A stretch of DNA of 64,000 nucleotides from Campylobacteraceae bacterium (GTDB lineage: Bacteria > Campylobacterota > Campylobacteria > Campylobacterales > Sulfurovaceae): the NCBI GenBank assembly GCA_027038295.1, contig JALVXD010000216.1:14804-78803 (forward strand), in the 5' to 3' direction. This document shows, piece by piece, positions 30,620 through 38,711 of this stretch. Within the stretch, counting starts at the first letter, position 1; each line of letters starts with the position of its first letter. Position numbers and translations under genes: made by a program. The notes under the pieces were generated by a model. The model saw only the letters and a program-made list of their open reading frames with translations. It made no database searches and was not told the origin of the DNA.

Positions 30620-31156
30620 ATGTCTACAACAACCCGTTCAGGATTTTCTCTTTTAGAACTTATTGTTGTTGTTATGATTGTCTCACTTGTTGGGTTTTTA
30701 GTTTTCTCTTCTGCCATTAAACAGCAAAAAAAAGTAGAAGCTCTAAACCCTTCTACACTTCCTAGTACATTCAAAAAAACCTTTAAAGGTCAAGGTGATG
30801 TTGAACTTTTCTGTGTTAAAAAATGTACTGAATGCTCTGTGATGCAAGAAGGAAAGATAAGCGCTTACGCTGGTGGCATAAAATTTGGTAAAAATGTAGA
30901 GATTCATACACTAGATAATAATAACCACTTTATTCAACAAGAGGAACTTGGACGATTTAAAGATGAAAAAATAAGTTTTAGATTCCATCTCTACCCAAAT
31001 GGGAGTACCACACAGATGGTTGTAGTAAATGACCAAGGCATCTACTTTCTTCCCAGCTATTTTGGCAAAGCTAAAAAAGTAAAAGATATGGATGAAGCCA
31101 AAGAGTTATGGATAAAGAGTAAGTATGATTTAAAAGATAGTAGCTCATTTTACTAA
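30620..31156 (+). CDS. T2SS minor pseudopilin, GspH-like
   Basis: RSGFSLLELIVVVMIV; start moved to the ATG at 30620, 1 nt after the gspG stop; FYPNGS-like motif (LYPNGST). Confidence 0.75.
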   Translation: MSTTTRSGFSLLELIVVVMIVSLVGFLVFSSAIKQQKKVEALNPSTLPSTFKKTFKGQGDVELFCVKKCTECSVMQEGKISAYAGGIKFGKNVEIHTLDNNNHFIQQEELGRFKDEKISFRFHLYPNGSTTQMVVVNDQGIYFLPSYFGKAKKVKDMDEAKELWIKSKYDLKDSSSFY

Positions 31157-31174
31157 ATAGAGGAATATAAATAT

Positions 31175-31585
31175 ATGAACCATATAAAAAAAGCTTTTAC
31201 ACTTATAGAAGTTATTATGTCCGTTATCATCGTTTCAATAGTGGTAATGGGTGCTCTACAACTACAAGAACAGAACAGCGACATGGCAACCTACCTTATG
31301 AAAAGAGGAAATGCAGAACTTGACAACTCACTCTTTTTAACCCAGAGGGTACAACGTTACGATAAAAGTAAAAAAAATGCCTATGATATACTTGTAGATG
31401 AGTTCCAAATAAAAGATGATAAAAGCCGTCAACTCTTAAAAAAGATAGAGAAAAAAATCAACATTACAGAAGCAACACCCATCCCTGTAGGAGCTACAGA
31501 AGACTCTCCTCCACTTTTTACTTTTTACTCCAATGAAATTTTACTTAATGGAAAGTATCCTTCTAGGTATTTTACTTTTAAATAA
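31175..31585 (+). CDS. T2SS minor pseudopilin, GspI-like
   Basis: KKAFTLIEVIMSVIIV class III signal. Confidence 0.72.
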   Translation: MNHIKKAFTLIEVIMSVIIVSIVVMGALQLQEQNSDMATYLMKRGNAELDNSLFLTQRVQRYDKSKKNAYDILVDEFQIKDDKSRQLLKKIEKKINITEATPIPVGATEDSPPLFTFYSNEILLNGKYPSRYFTFK

Positions 31586-31660
31586 AATCTATACTACATA
31601 AAATCCTATACCTTTAAAATTTAAGCTGACACTATTATAATATTAAAAAAGGAGTCAAGC

Positions 31661-32512
31661 ATGAAAAAAGGAATATCCATACATATAGGGTTAAACCATC
31701 TTGATGAAGAACACTATGGTACAGGAGTCTCTCCACTAGAGACTTGTGAACAAGATGCTAGAGACATACAAGAACTTGCTTTAAATCAAAACTTTAAATC
31801 CACCTTTTTACTTTTGAGTGAAAATGCCACAAGAGCTGCTGTAAAATCTGCCATAAAATCTGCTAGTAAAGAGCTATATTCTGGTGATATACTCTTGTTA
31901 AGTTACTCAGGTCATGGTGGTTTTGTACCTGACACAAACGGTGATGAGACAGACGATACACTCGATGAGACATGGTGTCTTTATGATGGTCAATTTATAG
32001 ATGATGAACTCTTTAAGTTGTGGAGTAGATTTAAAGTTGGTGTACGAATTGTTGTACTTTCTGACTCATGTCATAGTGGTACAGTGGCTAAAGCCAATAA
32101 TTTAAGAGATGAAAAAAAAGAGAACAGTATCTTTAAAAAGAAGCTTCTCCCCTATAGTGTTGCTAAGTCGGTCTATTATAATAATAAAAGTTTCTACGAA
32201 AAAATAGCAAAAAAATTTTTAAATAAAAAGCCTAAGGAGCTAAGAGCGAGTGTTAAACTCTTGGCAGCTTGTCAAGACCCAGAAGTCTCCTATACTATTC
32301 CATTTGCACGAAACAGTATATTTACTGAAAAGCTACTAAAAGTATGGAATTCTGGACAGTTTGTAGGTACCTATGATGAGTTCTTTGAGACCATAAAAGA
32401 GGAAGTAAGCTCTTTAAACTTTTTACCTACCAAACAGACCCCAAATCTTTATGATGTAGGTAGAGAAAATGAGGACTTCGACAAACAGAAGCCATTTCAG
32501 ATTTATGAGTAG
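31661..32512 (+). CDS. caspase-family (peptidase C14, metacaspase) protein
   Basis: ISIHIGLN start, catalytic dyad SYSGHG and LSDSCHSGT, DETWCLYD, LLAACQD; no signal peptide; AAGGAG RBS. Confidence 0.93.
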   Translation: MKKGISIHIGLNHLDEEHYGTGVSPLETCEQDARDIQELALNQNFKSTFLLLSENATRAAVKSAIKSASKELYSGDILLLSYSGHGGFVPDTNGDETDDTLDETWCLYDGQFIDDELFKLWSRFKVGVRIVVLSDSCHSGTVAKANNLRDEKKENSIFKKKLLPYSVAKSVYYNNKSFYEKIAKKFLNKKPKELRASVKLLAACQDPEVSYTIPFARNSIFTEKLLKVWNSGQFVGTYDEFFETIKEEVSSLNFLPTKQTPNLYDVGRENEDFDKQKPFQIYE

Positions 32513-32517
32513 AGTTT

Positions 32518-34548
32518 ATGGGAAAAACATCTTATAAAAAAAGACTCCTAGATGTACGACAAGATAGACTCGATTTACGAGATAGGGTCTATCAACCTGT
32601 GCTAAAATCTTTAAGTGCTACGTACCCTGATAGCAAATATATCAACTATATTTTAAAATGTTATAGAAAAGAGAATCTTATACTCGACCAAGGAAACAAT
32701 GGGGCTTGTAGTGGTTATGCATTGGCTTCAGTTATTAACTATCTTTTATGGCAACAACAAAATAACTCTGAGATAGTAAGCCCTAAAATGCTCTTTAACC
32801 TTGCACGTATTTACGATGAGTGGAATGGTGAAGATTATGAAGGTTCTAGCTGTCGTGGAGCCATGAAGGGTTGGCATAAACATGGTGTCTGTGCTAAGAG
32901 TTATTGGGAGTTTAACCAAGAGGAGCCTAAAGATGGCTGGGACATAGACTCGGTAGAGAGACCTCTTGGTGCTTACTACCGTGTCAACAAAGACTCCATC
33001 TCCGACATACAAGCAGCACTTTGTGAAGTGGGTGCTTTGTATGTTTCAGCATCCATACATGATGGCTGGTGGAGCCTCAATAATTACAAAGATAGAGATA
33101 TAGCAAGTGTAGAAAAAGACCTTCCTGTAATACCTTATGACTCTTTTCCACAAGGAATCCATGCCTTTGTCATTATAGGCTATACAAGACAAGGTTTTAT
33201 TATTCAAAACTCATGGGGTAGAGGTTGGGGGAATTGTGGTTTTGCAATTTTAAGCTATAAAGAGTGGTTAAAAAATGGTCTGGATGTTTGGGTTGCTGTT
33301 ATGGGTGTTCCTATAGACATCGAAAACTCCTCTCAAACCATTACTACAAAATCTCTTGCTTCGGCATCAAAAGTTTATGAAGAGTTACAAACAGAAAATA
33401 AAAGTAACTCTAAAAAAGAAAAGCCAAGAAATGAAGAAAATGCTTACAATCACACCCTCGTACTCAATGCAAATGGACGTGCAAAACATACGATTATTAA
33501 AACATCAACACTAGAGCGTTCTATTGAAGTTATCTGTTATGATAAGCTCAAAACTTGGTTAAAAATGAGTAATAAAAATAGAAAAATAATAATCTATGCT
33601 CTTGGTGGATTAGAGGATGAAAAAGCATATATATCTAAAATAAAAAAACTTATACCTTATTTTCTAAACAGTGGTATCTACCCTATCTTCTTAACATGGG
33701 AGCAAAGTTATCAAAGAGCCATAGAGGAGTCTATTGAATCATTTTTCAAAGAGACACTAGATGGAAGAAATAAAAAACTTGAAAAGAAGATATTAGAAGA
33801 TGAAGTTGCACTAAACAGAGCCATAGAGAACTATTGTAGAAATATCTCCACAAGAGGTATTTGGGTAGAGATGAAAGAGCAATCGAGAAACACTATTCAA
33901 AAAAGAGTCAAAGGCTTTACTGGCGAAAGAAGTGGTGTACTCTATCTTCTGACACACTCTATTAAAGAATTATCTAAGGAGTTTAATAAGTTAGAAGTAC
34001 ATGCCATGGCACACTCTGCAGGTTCTGAGCTCTTAGCAACATCATGGCTAAAAGAGCTCAATAAACAAAAAATAAAACTACATTCTTTGCATCTTTTAGC
34101 TCCTACTATCTCCATTCAAGATAGCAATGCGTTTATAGTTAAATATAGTAAAAAAGGTGTTATTGACAAAAAAAGTATACACATTTACATACTGGATAAA
34201 GAGATGGAAAAGAGAGACCATGTTAGTAGATACAGTCAATCCATACTCTATCTTATTAGTCGCTCTTTAGAAAAAATACACAAAACACCTCTTCTTGGAC
34301 TACTCGACTCTTGGGACGATAAAAACAGTAAAACCAAAGATGGTATCTTTAATACATCACAACTTAATGACCTAAAAAAATGGCATAAATTTGCTTATGC
34401 GTTAGATAATACTCTATTTCCTTATATTTTAAAGAAAAAGCATAGCCAATTAGAATCGTATCAAGATAATGACTTTGTAAAACTCACCCATAAAAATCTT
34501 GATAGTAGTCTCTTTATTTTAGAGAGCGTTTTAAAGATAATAGACTAA
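32518..34548 (+). CDS. papain-like C1 cysteine peptidase fused to a C-terminal alpha/beta-hydrolase domain
   Basis: DQGNNGACSGY (Gln/Cys), GIHAFVIIGY (His), IQNSWGRGWG (Asn); the C-terminal half has the nucleophile elbow AHSAGS, LHLLAP and a distal TH; no signal peptide; starts 5 nt after the caspase stop. Confidence 0.88.
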   Translation: MGKTSYKKRLLDVRQDRLDLRDRVYQPVLKSLSATYPDSKYINYILKCYRKENLILDQGNNGACSGYALASVINYLLWQQQNNSEIVSPKMLFNLARIYDEWNGEDYEGSSCRGAMKGWHKHGVCAKSYWEFNQEEPKDGWDIDSVERPLGAYYRVNKDSISDIQAALCEVGALYVSASIHDGWWSLNNYKDRDIASVEKDLPVIPYDSFPQGIHAFVIIGYTRQGFIIQNSWGRGWGNCGFAILSYKEWLKNGLDVWVAVMGVPIDIENSSQTITTKSLASASKVYEELQTENKSNSKKEKPRNEENAYNHTLVLNANGRAKHTIIKTSTLERSIEVICYDKLKTWLKMSNKNRKIIIYALGGLEDEKAYISKIKKLIPYFLNSGIYPIFLTWEQSYQRAIEESIESFFKETLDGRNKKLEKKILEDEVALNRAIENYCRNISTRGIWVEMKEQSRNTIQKRVKGFTGERSGVLYLLTHSIKELSKEFNKLEVHAMAHSAGSELLATSWLKELNKQKIKLHSLHLLAPTISIQDSNAFIVKYSKKGVIDKKSIHIYILDKEMEKRDHVSRYSQSILYLISRSLEKIHKTPLLGLLDSWDDKNSKTKDGIFNTSQLNDLKKWHKFAYALDNTLFPYILKKKHSQLESYQDNDFVKLTHKNLDSSLFILESVLKIID

Positions 34549-34615
34549 GCATATATTAAATATCTATTAATACTCTTCATGTATACTTACAACATTAAAA
34601 CCTAAAGGGTGAACA

Positions 34616-35362
34616 ATGACTGTAACCAAATACTCTGCCAATGGCAATGATTTTGTTATGATAATCAAAAAAAAGAAAAAAGACCGTTCTAAACTGGCTA
34701 AAAAACTGTGTCATCGTCAAAATGGTATAGGTGCTGATGGATTGGTGGTACTTATTCCTCATGAACAGTATGACTTTGAGTGGGAGTTTTATAACTCAGA
34801 TGGAAGTCGTGCTACCATGTGTGGAAATGCCTCTCGTGCTGTAGCACACTTTGCCATGGAAAAAGGCATCTCTCAAAATGCTGAAGCAGAATTTTTAACG
34901 GGTGCTGGTGTTATACGAGCCAAAGTCAATGGTAACTATGTGGTCTCAGACATGACCAAGCCTGTAATCTTGAGTAAAGAGATAGATGAAGAGGGTGAGA
35001 GATGGTGGTTTATAGACACGGGTGTCCCTCACTTGGTTGCGTTACGTGACAACATAGAAGCGTTTGACCTAGAACAAGCAGCACGTCTACGCAACAAATA
35101 TAACTGTAATGTTAACATCTGTAAAATTGAAGAAAATACACTTTATGTACGAACCTTTGAACGTGGTGTAGAAGATGAAACACTGGCTTGTGGTACAGGT
35201 ATGGTTGCCTGTTTCATACGTGCCAATGGTGAAGATTTGGTCGATAATAATGTAAGAATATTTCCTCGCTCGGGAGATGAACTCTATGTCAGTTTAGAAG
35301 ATGATGTTTATAAATTTGGTGGACAAGTAACCAAAACTTTTGTTGCCGAGACCATTGGCTAA
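34616..35362 (+). CDS. dapF: diaminopimelate epimerase
   Basis: KYSANGNDF, GIGADG, MCGNASR, DTGVPH, ERGVEDETLACGTG. Confidence 0.96.
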   Translation: MTVTKYSANGNDFVMIIKKKKKDRSKLAKKLCHRQNGIGADGLVVLIPHEQYDFEWEFYNSDGSRATMCGNASRAVAHFAMEKGISQNAEAEFLTGAGVIRAKVNGNYVVSDMTKPVILSKEIDEEGERWWFIDTGVPHLVALRDNIEAFDLEQAARLRNKYNCNVNICKIEENTLYVRTFERGVEDETLACGTGMVACFIRANGEDLVDNNVRIFPRSGDELYVSLEDDVYKFGGQVTKTFVAETIG

Positions 35363-35433
35363 ATAATAAAAACACAGTTTTTTCACTATAGAGATATAAA
35401 ATCTCAAAATCTAACATAATAAGGAAAATAGAA

Positions 35434-36270
35434 ATGCAAAAAAAACTCATCGCACTCCTTGCGACATTAACACTAACTTCAACCATACTATTTGGACAAA
35501 CACTTGTAACCGTAAATGGTCATAAAATTACAACCGATGTTATTCCTCCTGGCTATGAGAAACTAAACGATACACAACGTGCCAATTTAATGGAGCAACT
35601 CATAAAAGAAGAAGTTCTTCATGAGGATTTATTAAAAAGTTCACTTGTTAAAAGTGCAGAATTCAAAAAGGCATTTAAACAACAAAAGAGTCTTGCTCAA
35701 AAGACATACAAAAAAAACACTGGTAAAAACTTAAACAAAGAACAGCTACGAAATATAAAAGGTGCTATTGCCATTGCTCTTTATCAACAAAAAGAGTTTA
35801 AAAAAGCAAAAGTAACCAAGAGTCAATTAAAAGAGTTCTACGATAATAATCCAGAAGCTTTTAACTTTCCTGATTCTATAGAGATAGCAGATATCATTGT
35901 ACCTACCAAAGCAGAAGCAGACAAACTTCTAAAATCACTACAAGGTGCTACTAATTTAGATGAAGCGTTTCTGAAAGCTGCTCATGAAAGAAAACAAAAC
36001 GGGTACATGGGTTGGTTTGGAAAAGGGAACGCTCCTGAAAATCTATTTAACAAAGCCTATAAATACAAAGTTAAACGTCTACTTAATGCAGCAGTAAAAA
36101 CTGAACATGGATACAATGTGGTTTATCTTTTAAATAAAAAAGCTGCTGGAAAACTTACTTTTGAAAAAGCAAAAAAGAAAATAGAACAAATAATTAAACA
36201 GCAAGAAGTTATGAAAAAGCTACAAAACAAAGTAGAAAACCTTTATGGACAAGCTGAAATAGTCTACTAA
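35434..36270 (+). CDS. periplasmic parvulin-type peptidyl-prolyl isomerase
   Basis: Signal peptide, SurA-like N-domain, PpiC-like GYMGWF...VKTEHGYNVV. Confidence 0.82.
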   Translation: MQKKLIALLATLTLTSTILFGQTLVTVNGHKITTDVIPPGYEKLNDTQRANLMEQLIKEEVLHEDLLKSSLVKSAEFKKAFKQQKSLAQKTYKKNTGKNLNKEQLRNIKGAIAIALYQQKEFKKAKVTKSQLKEFYDNNPEAFNFPDSIEIADIIVPTKAEADKLLKSLQGATNLDEAFLKAAHERKQNGYMGWFGKGNAPENLFNKAYKYKVKRLLNAAVKTEHGYNVVYLLNKKAAGKLTFEKAKKKIEQIIKQQEVMKKLQNKVENLYGQAEIVY

Positions 36271-36355
36271 CCTTAAAAAACATTTAATAAATATATTTAT
36301 TTTTATATTTTAATGATATAATTATAAATATAATATTAATTTTAAAGGATAGTTT

Positions 36356-36472
36356 ATGAAAATAACTTTTACAAAAGAAATGATTAAAGAAGCTATAGAA
36401 AGTGGTTGTAAAACCATAAGTGAATTAAACATCTTTATCAGTGAACAAGATTTAATGCTAAGAAAAATTTAA
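36356..36472 (+). CDS. small hypothetical protein (38 aa, MKITFTKEMIKEAIESGCKTISELNIFISEQDLMLRKI)
   Basis: ATG with AAAGGA RBS and upstream TATAAT-like boxes; fills an otherwise empty gap; below the ORF-track cutoff. Confidence 0.55.
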   Translation: MKITFTKEMIKEAIESGCKTISELNIFISEQDLMLRKI

Positions 36473-36516
36473 ATATTAAGAAGTTAAAGAAGTAACAAAA
36501 GAGTTGCTTCTTTAGT

Positions 36517-36993
36517 TTAAGAGTTCGCTTTTTTCTCTCGTCTATACTCTAAAAGTGAAAGTAGTAAAATAATAGCAACACCCAAATCTATCATGACATC
36601 TGCATAGTTAAAAACAGCAAAATCAAAACCACAATGCCATGCTACATAATCGACTACTCCCTCATGAATAAATCTATCATATAAGTTTCCTAAAGCCCCA
36701 CCAATTATAAGCCCTAAAGGGAAAGCATACTTTTTCACATAGCCTTCATAAAGAATATAAAAAACTATTCCTGATATAAGTAGTAACTGTACCCATTTTA
36801 AATTATCTCCTATAAATGCCAACATAGAAAAAGCTACACCACGATTGTAAAATAGTTCCAAGTTAATACAAGAACCTTCTAATATAGTAGCATACTCCAC
36901 ACCATTAACAGCTTCCATTGCCATAACTTTTAAACTTTGGTCAATAATAAAAGTACCAAGCACCAATAAAATAAAAATAATATATGCACGCAT
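36517..36993 (-). CDS. lspA: lipoprotein signal peptidase II
   Basis: YNRGVAFS, GGALGNLYDR, GVVDY, VFNYADVMI. Confidence 0.96.
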   Translation of the reverse strand: MRAYIIFILLVLGTFIIDQSLKVMAMEAVNGVEYATILEGSCINLELFYNRGVAFSMLAFIGDNLKWVQLLLISGIVFYILYEGYVKKYAFPLGLIIGGALGNLYDRFIHEGVVDYVAWHCGFDFAVFNYADVMIDLGVAIILLLSLLEYRREKKANS

Positions 36994-38330
36994 TAAGCGA
37001 GTGCCTTTTTAAAGAATTGAACTGTTTTGTCCATCATAATATGAAGTGCATGTTGGTCTTTACCTTCTAGTAAAATACGTAGTAGGTTTTCTGTTCCAGA
37101 ATAACGTACCAAATAACGCATACCAGCAGCTTCTATCTCGGAAAAAAGCTCTTCTACTCCAACTATCTCATCTATGGGAATTTTATGTGAAATATTTAAA
37201 TTAGCTTGTTCTTGGGGATAAAGGTCAAAAACATCAAAAGCTTCACTGGCTGTTTGACTGTTCTCTATCATATAAGCAAATGCTTGAAGAGCAGAGACCA
37301 GACCATCACCCGTTTTTGCATAATCAGAAAATATAACATGCCCACTCTGCTCTCCACCAAAGTTTGAACCAACTCGGTTCATGACTTCAAGTACATGTTT
37401 ATCACCCACATCAGAACGTTCTAAAACAAGACCATGTTGTGCTAAATAATCTTCAAGACCTTGGTTACTCATCACCGTTGCAACCACTTTGTCATTTGCC
37501 AATTTATTCTCATTTTTAAGATGAATTGCCAATGCCCCTATAAGTTTATCACCATCAACAATTTGTCCTATTTCATCAACAATAACGATTCTATCTGCAT
37601 CACCATCTAAAGCAATTCCAATATCTGCACGTGTTTCAATAACTTTTTGAGCCAAAAGTTCAGGAGAAGTCGCACCACAATTGGTGTTTATATTAAATCC
37701 ATTAGGAGTTGTTGCCATCTCTATGACATCTGCTCCAAGTTCACGAAGCACTGTTGGGGCTACTTTATAAGCTGCCCCATTAGCACAATCAACCACAACT
37801 CTTTTGCCGTATAGAGAGTATTTTTGGGGAAATGAATTTTTAATATGGACGATATATCGACCTATCACATCATCTATACGGACAGAACGCCCTATCTCTT
37901 TTTTTGTAACAAAAGCATTTTCTATACGCTCTATATCACTAAAAATCTCTTCAATATCCTCTTCACACTCTTTTGAAATTTTATTTCCCTCTGCACCAAA
38001 AAGTTTAATACCATTGTCATAAAAAGGATTATGTGATGCCGTTATCATAATACCAGCATCACAACGCATATTTTCGGTAATAAACGCTATAGCAGGAGTG
38101 GGCATAGGACCTATTTGAACCACATCAAAACCAACTGCTGTTAACCCTGATACCAGTGCATTTTCTATCATATAACCTGAACGTCGAGTATCTTTACCCA
38201 CTAAAATTTTATTATATTTACTACTTTTTTGTAAGTGAATTCCTGCTGCCAATGCAAAACGCATAACAGTCATTGCATTTAATTTTCCACCTGCCAAACC
38301 ACGTACGCCATCTGTTCCAAACAGTTCCAT
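36993..38330 (-). CDS. glmM: phosphoglucosamine mutase
   Basis: [35 protein letters not shown]. Confidence 0.97.
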   Translation of the reverse strand: MELFGTDGVRGLAGGKLNAMTVMRFALAAGIHLQKSSKYNKILVGKDTRRSGYMIENALVSGLTAVGFDVVQIGPMPTPAIAFITENMRCDAGIMITASHNPFYDNGIKLFGAEGNKISKECEEDIEEIFSDIERIENAFVTKKEIGRSVRIDDVIGRYIVHIKNSFPQKYSLYGKRVVVDCANGAAYKVAPTVLRELGADVIEMATTPNGFNINTNCGATSPELLAQKVIETRADIGIALDGDADRIVIVDEIGQIVDGDKLIGALAIHLKNENKLANDKVVATVMSNQGLEDYLAQHGLVLERSDVGDKHVLEVMNRVGSNFGGEQSGHVIFSDYAKTGDGLVSALQAFAYMIENSQTASEAFDVFDLYPQEQANLNISHKIPIDEIVGVEELFSEIEAAGMRYLVRYSGTENLLRILLEGKDQHALHIMMDKTVQFFKKALA

Positions 38331-38372
38331 TATCTTTCCTTGGAGTTTAATTAGATGAATTTTATCATAATA

Positions 38373-38522
38373 TTATGATATATCTACCAATCCAAAGATG
38401 ATGATAGTAAGGATTTCAGTAACAAGAGAAATAGTCACAACTTGTGATGTTAATTTATATTCATTTCTTAATGCCATTGCTGTTGATACACCCATTGCTA
38501 TTCCTGTAAATCCTGCTCTCAT
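38373..38522 (-). CDS. small hydrophobic hypothetical protein (49 aa)
   Basis: AAGGAG RBS 6 nt before the ATG at 38522; MRAGFTGIAMGVSTAMALRNEYKLTSQVVTISLVTEILTIIIFGLVDIS; below the ORF-track cutoff. Confidence 0.55.
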   Translation of the reverse strand: MRAGFTGIAMGVSTAMALRNEYKLTSQVVTISLVTEILTIIIFGLVDIS

Positions 38523-38671
38523 TACATACTCCTTAATATTTTTTAATAATTAATAACATTATAAAATATTTAATATTAATCTATACTTAATAATATTTAA
38601 CATTTTGTGTTAGATTTTTTCAAATTAGCCTCTATAAGTTAAAAAAGCTATAATACGCTCATTAAAAAATC

Positions 38672-38698
38672 ATCTCCTATTACGTATTATAGGCGAAT
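38672..38698 (+). promoter_or_regulatory. candidate thrS translational operator (tRNA-Thr anticodon-like hairpin)
   Basis: Stem CCTAT/ATAGG (extendable) with loop TACGTATT containing CGT, between the -10 (TATAAT, 38649-54) and the SD (AAAGG, 38701-05). Confidence 0.5.
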
Positions 38699-38711
38699 AC
38701 AAAGGTTAATT

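Noticed and set aside
31661-34548. Caspase and C1 proteins as substrates of the adjacent T2SS
   Set aside because: T2SS substrates need Sec or Tat export, and neither protein has a signal peptide; they also have their own promoter-like -10 and RBS.
34660-34685. Poly-A run in dapF (encoding KKKKK) as a slippage site
   Set aside because: The reading frame is intact, and A-runs are common in this AT-rich genome.
38331-38711. rpsT expected upstream of glmM
   Set aside because: No S20-like sequence was found in either strand of this gap; only the 49-aa hydrophobic ORF is present.
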